This document shows, in pieces, positions 54,076-64,000 of a stretch of DNA of 64,000 nt (positions are counted from its first letter, which is position 1; the number at the start of each line of letters is the position of its first letter). Where the stretch lies: contig CATNEN010000007.1 in assembly GCA_950097015.1 (NCBI GenBank), forward strand, positions 5,518,001 to 5,582,000. Reading direction: 5' to 3'. The stretch is from Macrostomum hystrix (Eukaryota > Animalia > Platyhelminthes). The notes under the pieces are model-generated. The model saw only the letters and a program-made list of their open reading frames with translations, was not told the origin of the DNA and searched no databases. The translations under genes were made by a program, and so were the position numbers.

Positions 54076-55986
54076 TATCCACTAGGCTATCCATATTTTG
54101 GAGATACAGAAAAGAGAAACATGTGGGTATTTGAAATACCCTTTGTCTTTCAACTCTAGCTGTCTTCAATCTGTACACTGAACAGCTGTACAGACTTAGA
54201 AAGCTGTGGCTGTCCCGCTGGCTGTACATCTGGCCTGCATTGGCTAATCTTGACAATGCCGCATAAATACCGATTAATATAAAAAACTGATATGAAAGGT
54301 AAATTGTTGCCATAGTGTGCAAGCATGCTACCCCGCTCTGCCTCGCCGCAACCGAAAGCGAGGCACGTTACCTTCCCTCAGGCACAAAAACGCCATCACA
54401 GTTTTTGCTCCGCTTTTAATCGATTCGAAATCGAGCAACGCGCCAGCAATTAAAAAACCCGTTCTGGTAAAGGAATCACACAAAAATTTCTGGCCAACTA
54501 AAGTGACCCCATGGAGCAGGAAGGCCGCGCGCCGCGCGTAAGCAATAATGCTTTCAATTTCCAGAAAGCATCGAGAAAGCGGAGATTGTGTTCACGAATC
54601 GGGAACAGCTTCCTTTGGTTCTCTTTCTCTGTGTGTGTTGTTTTAGACCCCAGCGCCAGAAATCTGTGCGCCAGTTTTCGATTGTCTTGTCATTTGTTTA
54701 AATTGGGTTATTATTATTATTTTATAAATTGTTCTTAGATCAGATTTCAATTTGTACTTTTAAAGATTGCATTTTTTCTCGACTTCTCTCCTAAGATGAG
54801 TCTTATCTACGATGGAAGATTTTCTTGGTTCTGTGGGCGGTAAGATTTCGTTAAAATTGGCCCAATCTTTCACTTAACACGCCTCACAGCTCTTCATCAA
54901 TTGAGAGCTACGACGTCAAAGTGTTATTTTCTCATTTCTGTCCGTTTGACAATTTGCCAATAAGTAAGCCAACTCTTCAAGTTTATCTAAATACTATATC
55001 TTTCGAATTCCTTCATTGAATTGAGTCGCTAGTTGGACGACTTAGAATAGTCAATTTGCAGTTAGCTGCAACTTAACTTTTGACAACTCTAACTTATTAC
55101 CACGTTACCTAGGCTTGCGTTTGTGCGCTCCCTTACCATTCTATTATCTCTTTTCAGGTCCTTGTTCCCACACTTGGACAAAGCCCCGGCCGTACTCTCT
55201 CACCTTGCGTGGTGACTCACTGATGACTCATGTTATATTTTTAGCAGCAAGTCTGCCTCTCAAAGGATTCTCCATCCTACATTTTCGCTACGCATGAATC
55301 TAATCGTGCTATTTTTAGCAACAGACCCCTCTCTTATCGGCCCGGCCTTTGTTTGTCTGACGACAGTTTTCTATTAATAGAAAATCATGTGACTGTCCCG
55401 CCAGCTGCCATGACCCAGTCTCTAACTAAATCGACCACGAGTAAGGAAGCGACACCTCCGGATGGACAGTGTGATGGACTTGATTTCGAGGGTAGCTCGG
55501 CGCCCTCGGTGCCTAGAGACCAGAAATTAGCTAGCCTTGATTGGAAGAGTTGCTTAACAACAGCGGGTGATTTGGCGCTTTGTTGACACGAGTTTAGTCA
55601 GTAAAGTAGGGAATGAACAAAACACTAAATAATGACATCACGGTAGAATGCGATGCGATCTATCTTTGTGGGGATAAGTGCAGGTAGGAAGTGGTAAGAC
55701 TTGCATGAGTGTGCGAGCGCCTAATAGCTCGCTAGTTTATTAGCCGAACACCAAGTGTTCCTACCAATCCATCTGTCTGCTTAAATGCTTTTACAACAAT
55801 CTGAATGTCTTGATTTACAACCATCTAAATCGAATGCACCGAAAGTAGAATTTTTCATTTTAAAGTGCTTCTTCATAAGACCGGAATTCAGGAGACAATG
55901 ACAGACGCGGCAATGGAACAAGACAGGATACTGTTGCGTTTGCGGTGCAATAGTGTTTAGTAACATAGTATACTGATGCGGGCTTG

Positions 55987-56168
55987 ACTGGTACAAGAGC
56001 GTACTGGTACAAGAGCGTACTGGTACAAGAGCGTACTGGTACAAGAGCGTACTGGTACAAGAGCGTACTGGTACAAGAGCGTACTGGTACAAGAGCGTAC
56101 TGGTACAAGAGCGTACTGGTACAAGAGCGTACTGGTACAAGAGCGTACTGGTACAAGAGCGTACTGGT
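55987..56168 (+). repeat. 16-bp minisatellite (ACTGGTACAAGAGCGT)
   Basis: About 11 perfect units. Confidence 0.96.
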
Positions 56169-56940
56169 GTTCGTATAATGCGATGCTCATATTAAATAGA
56201 TGCGAAGAATGCGATCGATAGGCCTAAAAACTACCCACCCCTATGGGGTGGCGTACCAGTACACCCGCGAGATGTACAACCACGAACGCAAGCGCTGGAG
56301 AGATGTGCGTGCCTCACATTATTTATTTATTTGATTTCTGGCCCTATGAGCGTCTAGAAAAAGTTTGCGAAACGCTCCTTCTTTTTCTTATGAGTTTAGT
56401 CAATAAAACGACAGAATCTTGAGAACCATTAGAAAGTTTAAAGCATTACAAAGGGATAGCAGAGAGGCAGCGTACAAAGCTCGCAACACGGGACAAATTG
56501 CACTGCACTCGTAATTTGCTCAAAACTAGTTCATGTAATTCTACGAGTATGCAGACTGTATATCACATTGCAACACTAATTCTGATGTTTTAGGATTGAT
56601 ATTTGATGGAAGGACATTATGTTTTGACGCGCATTTTGTGAGGCTTATTGAAATTTAGCACGCAGAAACATGTCAGTCGAAACAAGTCGAACTACTAGTA
56701 GTTAAAGAAAGAAGGCATTTCAGCAAGGATAATTCGATTGAGTTGCTAACGACACGCCCCTAAACATTAGAAAGCATAGGTGATTTGTACGATCGCGTTT
56801 TGCCAGATAAAAAGTGATCATTCAGTTTGAAATTAGGCTGGAGCACAAATGCATGCTGCGTGACTCGTACGACCAGCGACTGTAGGCCAAGAACAACTGG
56901 AATGCCACTCCGGCAACATCGCGTTACCAGACGCTAAGAG

Positions 56941-58206
56941 CTACACGCAGGTCACGTGACAGTCGCCGAGCAGCGGCTGCGCGGTAGGATGCTGCGATTC
57001 CTCCAGCATCGGCGTCAGCCTGGAGTGCGCCGCGCCCTTCTCGAGGACACCGTTTCCTCCGCCACCGGCGCCGATCCCGCTGCCCTCGACGATTCGTCGA
57101 CTAGGTGCGAGGGAGCCTCTGTAGCGAAGGGTGGCGGCCTGCCTTTCAGCGTCCAGAGGCTGATCCCGGCGCCGGCAGCACTGGCGCTGCAGAATTGCCG
57201 ATCGGAACATGGAATTGGTAGTCATGTAGATGATGAAGTTGCAGGTAGAGTCCAGGTTGACGCACAGGTTGGCTAGGCCAATCGCGTAGGTAACAACCGC
57301 ATCCCAAAACGGATTGCCATCCTCCACCCGAGTGCCGATTAGCACAAATAGAAACATCGGCGTCTCCATGCAGACAAAGGTGATGAGCAGGATTCGAATC
57401 GTGCGAGTCGCCTTGCTGTGCCGAGCTCCGCTGCTTGCGCCGCCGACGCCACTGCCACCGCCGCCACCGCCGCCACCGCCGCCACGCTCGTCGAGTTGGT
57501 CGCGGCGACCTCGGCTGCGTCGCAGACCAATTGTCATGGCAACTGAAGCCATGGCTACTATGGACACTGGAAGAACGGCCTGCAGGAACATGGTCACAAC
57601 GTAGAACTCCTTGTAGGAATCGAACGGCTTCAAATCCTTTTTGGCGAAGACGCGTCCGGTCTCCTCGCAGAAACTGAAGCTCTCCTGGAAGGCCTTCGGC
57701 ACCGCCGACGCCAGGCCCAGCAGAATGATGACGGCCGAGGTGACCACGAGGGTGCGGTGGCCAAAGAATCGACCTGTGTTGCGCGAGAATGGGCGCAGTA
57801 CGGCTTCGCAACGACTGACGGCGATCAGGACCACCGACCAGTTCCGTGCGATCAAGAAGGCGTTGGCCATCACCCACGTGATTGTCAGGAAGCTGACGAT
57901 GGCGCGCGGAGCCTGCGCCGAGGGGTACAGCACACGGGAGCCGAGCACCTCCAGCAGGATGCGCACCGTCTCCACGCTGGTCATGCCGAATGACGTCATC
58001 ATCTCGTTGAAGGACAGGATGAGCAGCAATAGGCGCACAGCCGAGTCGCGTTGCTTGTGGCAGAGGAACACGAAAAAGCAGAGACAATTCAGCACGAGGT
58101 TGACGCCGCCAAGCAGCACGAAGGAGCCCTTGATTAGGCCGAGGCTGAGGGGGCCAGTCTGGCTGGAGTTGCTGCAGTTTTCGAAGTGCGTTTGCAGCTG
58201 GAACAT
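56941..58206 (-). CDS. Rhodopsin-family 7TM GPCR, paralog of 47465-48574, intronless
   Basis: Same motifs as the paralog (NLVLN.LCFFVF, SFGMTSVE, ARNWSVVLIAVSR, LRPFSRNTGR, LQAVLP, LDSTCNFIIY). Poly-Gly in ICL3. Confidence 0.9.
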   Translation of the reverse strand: MFQLQTHFENCSNSSQTGPLSLGLIKGSFVLLGGVNLVLNCLCFFVFLCHKQRDSAVRLLLLILSFNEMMTSFGMTSVETVRILLEVLGSRVLYPSAQAPRAIVSFLTITWVMANAFLIARNWSVVLIAVSRCEAVLRPFSRNTGRFFGHRTLVVTSAVIILLGLASAVPKAFQESFSFCEETGRVFAKKDLKPFDSYKEFYVVTMFLQAVLPVSIVAMASVAMTIGLRRSRGRRDQLDERGGGGGGGGGGSGVGGASSGARHSKATRTIRILLITFVCMETPMFLFVLIGTRVEDGNPFWDAVVTYAIGLANLCVNLDSTCNFIIYMTTNSMFRSAILQRQCCRRRDQPLDAERQAATLRYRGSLAPSRRIVEGSGIGAGGGGNGVLEKGAAHSRLTPMLEESQHPTAQPLLGDCHVTCV

Positions 58207-58569
58207 TCTGCGGCTGGGGATCTGCTGGGCGCAGGAGCGGATGTCAGCGGATGGGGACCGGTGGCTGGCTCTTCAACCAAGCAGCTGGCTATTCATGCGC
58301 AAAAGACCAGCTCTGACCAGCTCTGAGGCTTCCGATTGGCCAGCAAACAGCCAATCCTGGAGGCGAGATTTCTTTCTGTGGAGCTTTGCGTCTCTGTACG
58401 CGTCCATATAAGCCGGAATCTTAAACTGCGGGATTAATTATGGGTCATGGGAAATTTAATTTGGGATGCGCCTTTCATATTCATAGACCCAATTTGAAAT
58501 TGCTGTCCTACTAGTAATCAAATAATTTAATAATTTTCTCAAACATAATGTCCTATCTTCGGTCAGGAT

Positions 58570-58890
58570 CGTCCTGTCCACCCTAAAGCATCATCTGTCC
58601 ACCTCAAGGATTATCTTGTCCTCCCCAAAGGATCATCCTATCCACCTAAAAGGATCATCCTGTCCACCCAAAAGCATCATCCTGTCCACCCAAAAGCATC
58701 ATCCTGTCCACCCTAAAGCATCATCCTGTCCACCCTAAAGCATCATCCTGTCCACCCTAAAGCATCATCCTGTCCACCCTAAAGCATCATCCTGTCCACC
58801 CAAAAGTATCGTTATGTTCACCTCAAAATGATCGTCCTAAACTAGTTTAAAGCATGTTCCTGTCCACCACAAAGTATCTTCCTGTCCACC
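58570..58890 (+). repeat. ~22-bp minisatellite (CATCATCCTGTCCACCC[T/A]AAG)
   Basis: Tandem units with degenerate flanks. Confidence 0.9.
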
Positions 58891-59911
58891 TCAATGAGTG
58901 TGTCGCTAAGAACAGGGAAGATAATTTCCTTGCCCATCAATTCGAAAAGAATGAGCAATCTCGTCAATCTCGGCGGACCGAGTGTTGGTACCTGGACGGG
59001 CCCTGGAACACGGGGGAGATAATAAATTTCAGCATACGCATTTTTAAACCGTGATTTATCGCCACAATACTTTTTATTTCGCGTCCAATTCAGATTGCCT
59101 ATCGCTACCATTCCCTGTTGATTTTCGCATACACTTTAAACTCTACAATATAAGGCTTTTAAGTAAACTTTCAAACCGAAGTCTTTAATTAGTCTGAGAA
59201 CTAATAGTAGAAGCACAAATAGCTCTTAATTAGTTTATTACCTGCATGGTGCGGTCTATTTTCAATTGGGTTCTCAATCAAATGCGACTCAGCATGGTTG
59301 CTATGGCCAAAGCGATGCAGGAATAGAGAAATTTAATATTCCCAGCAGCAGCACAGCTGCCCCATATTGATTTGCTGCTTTCCAGGGAGTACAACCCCTG
59401 ACAGCCAAGAAGCCTTTTTTGCTCCTGAAGATGTCGGTGGGAGAGGAAGGAGGACGATTGGGACACAGAAATCCCCACTTTCTCGGTGTGTGTGTTTTGA
59501 CCGTTCAATGAGCGCCCAACTTCTTTGCATTGATGAAGAGCTGGAAAGCGCTCAACAGCCGCCGACCTCAAACGGCACGCTGAAGCACTTGACCAGCCCT
59601 TGCGGGACGGTGGCAGAGGGCCAGAAATCAACTTCTTTGGCGGTAAAGGATGAGATGATAGAGCTATACCTGTTTCTAGGGACTTGACGCCCTTCTGAAT
59701 CTCTGTGCAAGTCTTTAGTGTTGTGGTTTTGCCCGAAGATCGCGCTTTGGCAGTCAGCGAGTGGAGTCGCAACAACAGGGCGTCACGAGGAGCGGGGAGT
59801 CCTCCTAAAAGTACATCGCTTGTTATTGTCAACAATGCAAGGCTGCGTGCCACCGAGAGCGAGGGGATAAAAGGACAGTAAGACTGTCCTGCGAGTGCAT
59901 CTGTCCATTAG

Positions 59912-59958
59912 GTCCGTCTGTCTCTCCGTCTGTCTGTCTGTCTGTCCGTCTGTCTGTC

Positions 59959-59993
<35 letters not shown>

Positions 59994-60014
59994 CTGTCTG
60001 TCTGTCTGTCTGCC

Positions 60015-60059
<45 letters not shown>

Positions 60060-60084
60060 GCCTGCCTGTCTATCTGTCTGTCTG
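59912..60084 (+). repeat. (TGTC)n microsatellite
   Basis: Tetranucleotide run with occasional variants. Confidence 0.97.
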
Positions 60085-60693
60085 CAAAAGCAGGCAGAAC
60101 TCGGGGCCGGGATGGGGGAAGCCTAAATTAGGGGAAACAGAAATAGTTTTCGCAGTGATAAAGCGAGATGAGGCAGGCATTATCTGCTCGACTGAATGCA
60201 TGAAGCAACTGCGCGCTCTAATGCACATTCGGTGTTTAATTTTTTGTATTTCAGAAATTCCACGGCCCACCGCCCTGTCTTGATTGCTAATCACTGCTCA
60301 GTGCTGCTCTAATGCTTCGATTCATTGCCGTCAATATTGTTTCGCTTAAAATGAATTTTAAACAAGAAGCAATTTCCCATTTGTTGCCATTCAGAGATAC
60401 AACCAACTGGTTGCTATAGGGGCCAAAAATGGAAAGTAGTTAATTAACATCTGCTCGAATCGCCAACTGAAATCAATTATTTTAATTAAAAAAACAGCAA
60501 AGTGGGAACTGCAGATTAGCAGGCACCTGAGCTGACTGCGCCAAACACTTCAGCATCCGATTGCTTTGTGAGCTCAAAGAACCCTGAAGCTTTTGCCTTT
60601 CAGTCTTCTGCTGAAAATAGACAGATTAAATCAAGCTTTTCTTGTGTTCCAAAGGTTAATAAGTTGATTTAACATTTTGCCCACACAAGCATG

Positions 60694-60950
60694 CGGGGAG
60701 AGCGATTGACGCGTTTGCCTCTCGCACCGAGGTCCCTGAGCTCGATTCCGCGGCGAGGCCGCATTCATTTGGGGCGCAGCCGCGGAGAGAGACCACAGCC
60801 TAACCATGAGAAAGTCAGGGCAGATGTACACACCTGTGTGAGCGTGTGCCAGCGTACGGTATCTGTGTGCTTGTGTGCTCAGGAGTCAGCGGAATGAGCA
60901 GAATTGCCTCATCGCTGGCTGCAGGTCTAGTGTCACCAAATGATGTGCCA
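60694..60950 (+). mobile_element. SINE family A copy with internal deletion
   Basis: agagcgattgacgcgtttgcctctcgcacc...ctcgattccgcggcgaggcc...gagaaagtcagggcagatg...ggtctagtgtcaccaaatgatgtgcca. Confidence 0.88.
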
Positions 60951-61377
60951 TGGTACGCAGAAAAAGAAGCTGTTCGCTAATTGCTCCTCAAATCATATCC
61001 TTTTAAAAGCGGCCTAGCCACCGATGCGAACTTACAACCTCTAGGAGCAACAGAAGAACGCGAGAGGTCAATCAGCACTGAACCAACCTAGTGAGAGAGT
61101 CATCGCACATTGCAGACAGTCAGGAAGTCATCAAAATGGCAGACGGGATCAGCCACATCACAGGTCTCGCCGTCTCTGCCTGTCACTTCCTCACCAGATT
61201 TCTTAGAAACTAATTACTTAATTATGGTAAATAATAGGCCGATTTTCCCGCAGTCAGCCTATGAGCTGTTATAGTGGGAAAAATGTAACATTCATAATAG
61301 TTTTATAGATCAATATGTTTACGTGCGTGCATGACAGACTGAGGAAGAAAAGGTAAACAGTTTCCCGTCTGACTTAT

Positions 61378-62347
61378 TGTTCTCAGAATTCGGGAAATTT
61401 CTACCGACCTGAAATCCAACTTTTGACCGTCTCAAAAGATGCCAAACATTATTTTCTAAAAGTTCTTTCTAGGTTAGAGGCCTCAAAAATTTATCTTTCG
61501 GTGTGGGAAGAGAGAATCGGGGACCATGTTCAAAATGACAGCCAGCCATATACTAGTTTTTAATTACACCCTCTCATCTCCTCCGTGTCACATCTCCTCC
61601 GTGTCTCATCTCTCCCTTGTCTCATCTCTCCCGTGTATCATCTCTCGTGTCTCATCTCTCCCCTGTCTCATCTCCCCCGTGTCTCATCTCTCCTGTCTCA
61701 TCTCTCCCGTGTCTTTTCTCTCCCCTGTCTCATCTCTCCCGTGTCTCATCTCTCCCCTGTCTCATCTCTCCCCTATCTCATCTCTCCCGTGTCTCATCTC
61801 TCCCGTGTCTCATCTCTCCCGTGTCTTTTCTCTCCCCTGTCTCATCTCTTCCCTGTCTCATCTCTCCCCTGTCTCATCTCTCCCGTGTCTCATCTCTCCC
61901 CTGTCTCATCTCTCCCGTGTCTTTTCTCTCCCCTGTCTAATCTCTCCCGTGTCTCATCTCTCCCCTGTCTCATCTCTCCCCTGTCTCATCTCTCCCGTGT
62001 CTCATCTCTCCCGTGTCTCATCTCTCCCGTGTCTTTTCTCTCCCCTGTCTAATCTCTCCCGTGTCTCATCTCTCCCCTGTCTCATCTCTCCCGTGTCTCA
62101 TCTCTCCCCTGTCTCGTCTCAACCCGGTCTCCTGTCTCCCTGGTTAAATCTGTTCCCAATATGCCTAGCAATATCTGCTATATTTCAGAGTTCCGTATTT
62201 AACGAACAATTACTGTCTTACTGTTCTCAGAATTCGGGAAATTTCTACCGACCTGAAATCCAACTTTTGACCGTCTCAAAAGATGCCAAACATTATTTTC
62301 TAAAAGTTCTTTCTAGGTTAGAGCCTCAAAAATTTATCTTTCGGTGT
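61378..62347 (+). repeat. ~127-bp direct repeat (61378-61504, 62222-62347) bracketing a 16-17-bp CT-rich minisatellite (61572-62115)
   Basis: The two copies match by eye apart from a 1-bp indel. Inner array unit TGTCTCATCTCTCCC[C/G]. Confidence 0.92.
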
Positions 62348-62929
62348 TGTTCGCTTAGTTTAGTTCGCTTAACTCGAAATGAAGAAACGTTACGGTTGCC
62401 TGGGTCGCGGCCACTATCGGGTGCGCCTGAATGAGTCGGGCCCGACCTCTCCGCACACCAGACTCTGTCATCCGAGAACCGAATCTGATCCGAGCTATAT
62501 ATACTTTATGCCAAAGTTTCGGCCTCAACAGACACTGGGGAATTTCCTGCATGCGCTGCTGATTAACAGCAGTCACTGTCCCAGCGTGTGTGAGTGCGCG
62601 CAACCAACAGCTCTGTACCTCCTTGCCACTCCTTACTGACATCAAATTTGGGACCGGCGCCCCGGGGGCAGGAGAGGGAGGAGGGAGAAGCGGCTCAAGA
62701 AATCCAATAAATTGGGAGAGAGCTCAAAAGCTGGCCGGCTGCAGTGTCAAAGGCGACTCAAAAACTGTATTTCTCTAATTTGAGTCAGCCAAAACAGAAC
62801 TGCAAAACCTTCTGATTGTGTTAGAAAGCATTGGAACTCATAGGGCTATGTTATGAAGCACAGCATCCCGCTTTCTCATTACCCCACCGTCTAACTTACA
62901 TTTACGAGTAGTTCGGCAAAACCGCCCAC

Positions 62930-64000
62930 GCAAACTGGCATTTAGTTTGTGACTACCCCACAGCCAGACTGTCATTTAGTTTGTGACTACCCCACAGCCA
63001 GACTGGCATTTAGTTTGTGACTACCCAACACCCAGACTGTCATTTAGTTTGTGACTACCCCACACCCAGACTGTCATTTAGTTTATGACTACCCAACACC
63101 CAAACTGTCATTTAGTTTGTGACTACCCCACACCCAAACTGTTATTTAGTTTGTGACTACCCCACACCCAAACTGTCATTTAGTTTGTGACTACCCCACA
63201 CCCAGACTGTCATTTAGTTTGTGACTACCCCACACCCAAACTGTCATTTAGTTTGTGACTACCCAACACCCAGACTGTCATTTAGTTTGTGACTACCCCA
63301 CACCCAAACTGTCATTTAGTTTGTGACTACCCCACACCCAAACTGTCATTTAGTTTGTGACTACCCCACACCCAGACTGTCATTTAGTTTGTGACTACCC
63401 AACACCCAAACTGTCATTTAGTTTGTGACTACCCAACACCCAAACTGTTATTTAGTTTATGACTCCCCCACACCCAAACTGTTATTTAGTTTATGACTAC
63501 CCAACACCCAGACTGGCATTTAGTTTGTGACTACCCAACACCCAGACTTTCATTTAGTTTGTGACTACCCCACACCCAAACTGTTATTTAGTTTATGACT
63601 ACCCAACACCCAGACTGGCATTTAGTTTGTGACTACCCCACACCCAAACTGTTATTTAGTTTATGACTACCCCACACCCAGACTGTCATTTAGTTTATGA
63701 CTACCCCACACCCAGACTGTTATTTAGTTTATGACCACCCCACACCCAGACTGTCATTTAGTTTGTGACTACCCCACACCCAGACTGTCATTTAGTTTGT
63801 GACTACCCCACACCCAGACTGTTATTTAGTTTGTGACTACCCCACACCCAGACTGTTATTTAGTTTGTGACTACCCCACACCCAAACTGTCATTTAGTTT
63901 GTGACTACCCCACACCCAGACTGTCATTTAGTTTATGACTACGCCACACCCAGACTGTCATTTAGTTTGTGACTACCCCACACCCAGACTGTCATTTAGT
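62930..64000 (+). repeat. 34-bp minisatellite (CTGTCATTTAGTTTGTGACTACCCCACACCCAGA), runs off the right edge
   Basis: About 31 units to the window end. Confidence 0.97.

Noticed and set aside
56234-56262. Hairpin CCACCCCTATGGGGTGG followed by CCAGT as a Helitron 3' end
   Set aside because: The terminus is not CTRR, and no matching 5' end or second copy is in the window.
57641-58411. Long antisense/alternate-frame ORFs over GC-rich genes (GPCRs, cyclin K, sushi, kinase)
   Set aside because: Expected shadows of GC-rich codon usage with no independent motifs.
59278-59853. 191-aa minus-strand ORF
   Set aside because: Non-ATG start, no recognisable motif or splice context; cannot be supported as a gene.

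Overview
Eukaryotic (animal) genomic DNA with spliceosomal GT-AG introns, GC-rich exons, poly-Q/A tracts and many minisatellite-filled introns. This style is most consistent with a free-living flatworm such as Macrostomum (inference, not verified). From left to right the window holds: an internally deleted BEL/Pao LTR retrotransposon (5' LTR, PBS, decayed pol); a head-to-head inverted pair of GT92/DUF23 glycosyltransferase genes; a DEG/ENaC channel; an MMP21-like metalloproteinase; a co-oriented minus-strand cluster MRPL28 > cyclin K > RPS8 > sushi-domain membrane protein; a 10-exon KATNAL2; a frameshift-riddled DSTYK-like kinase; two paralogous intronless GPCRs; two tRNA-derived SINE families (one with a CORE domain); and about 20 tandem repeats. 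Most notable: (1) the sushi gene, and probably MRPL28, has no genomic start codon but begins in phase 0 at a splice acceptor, as expected if a trans-spliced leader donates the AUG in an operon-like cluster; (2) a sharply bounded ~2.5-kb block almost devoid of CpG; (3) the GT92 palindrome, with identical catalytic domains fused to unrelated membrane anchors. All exon boundaries and counts were read by eye.
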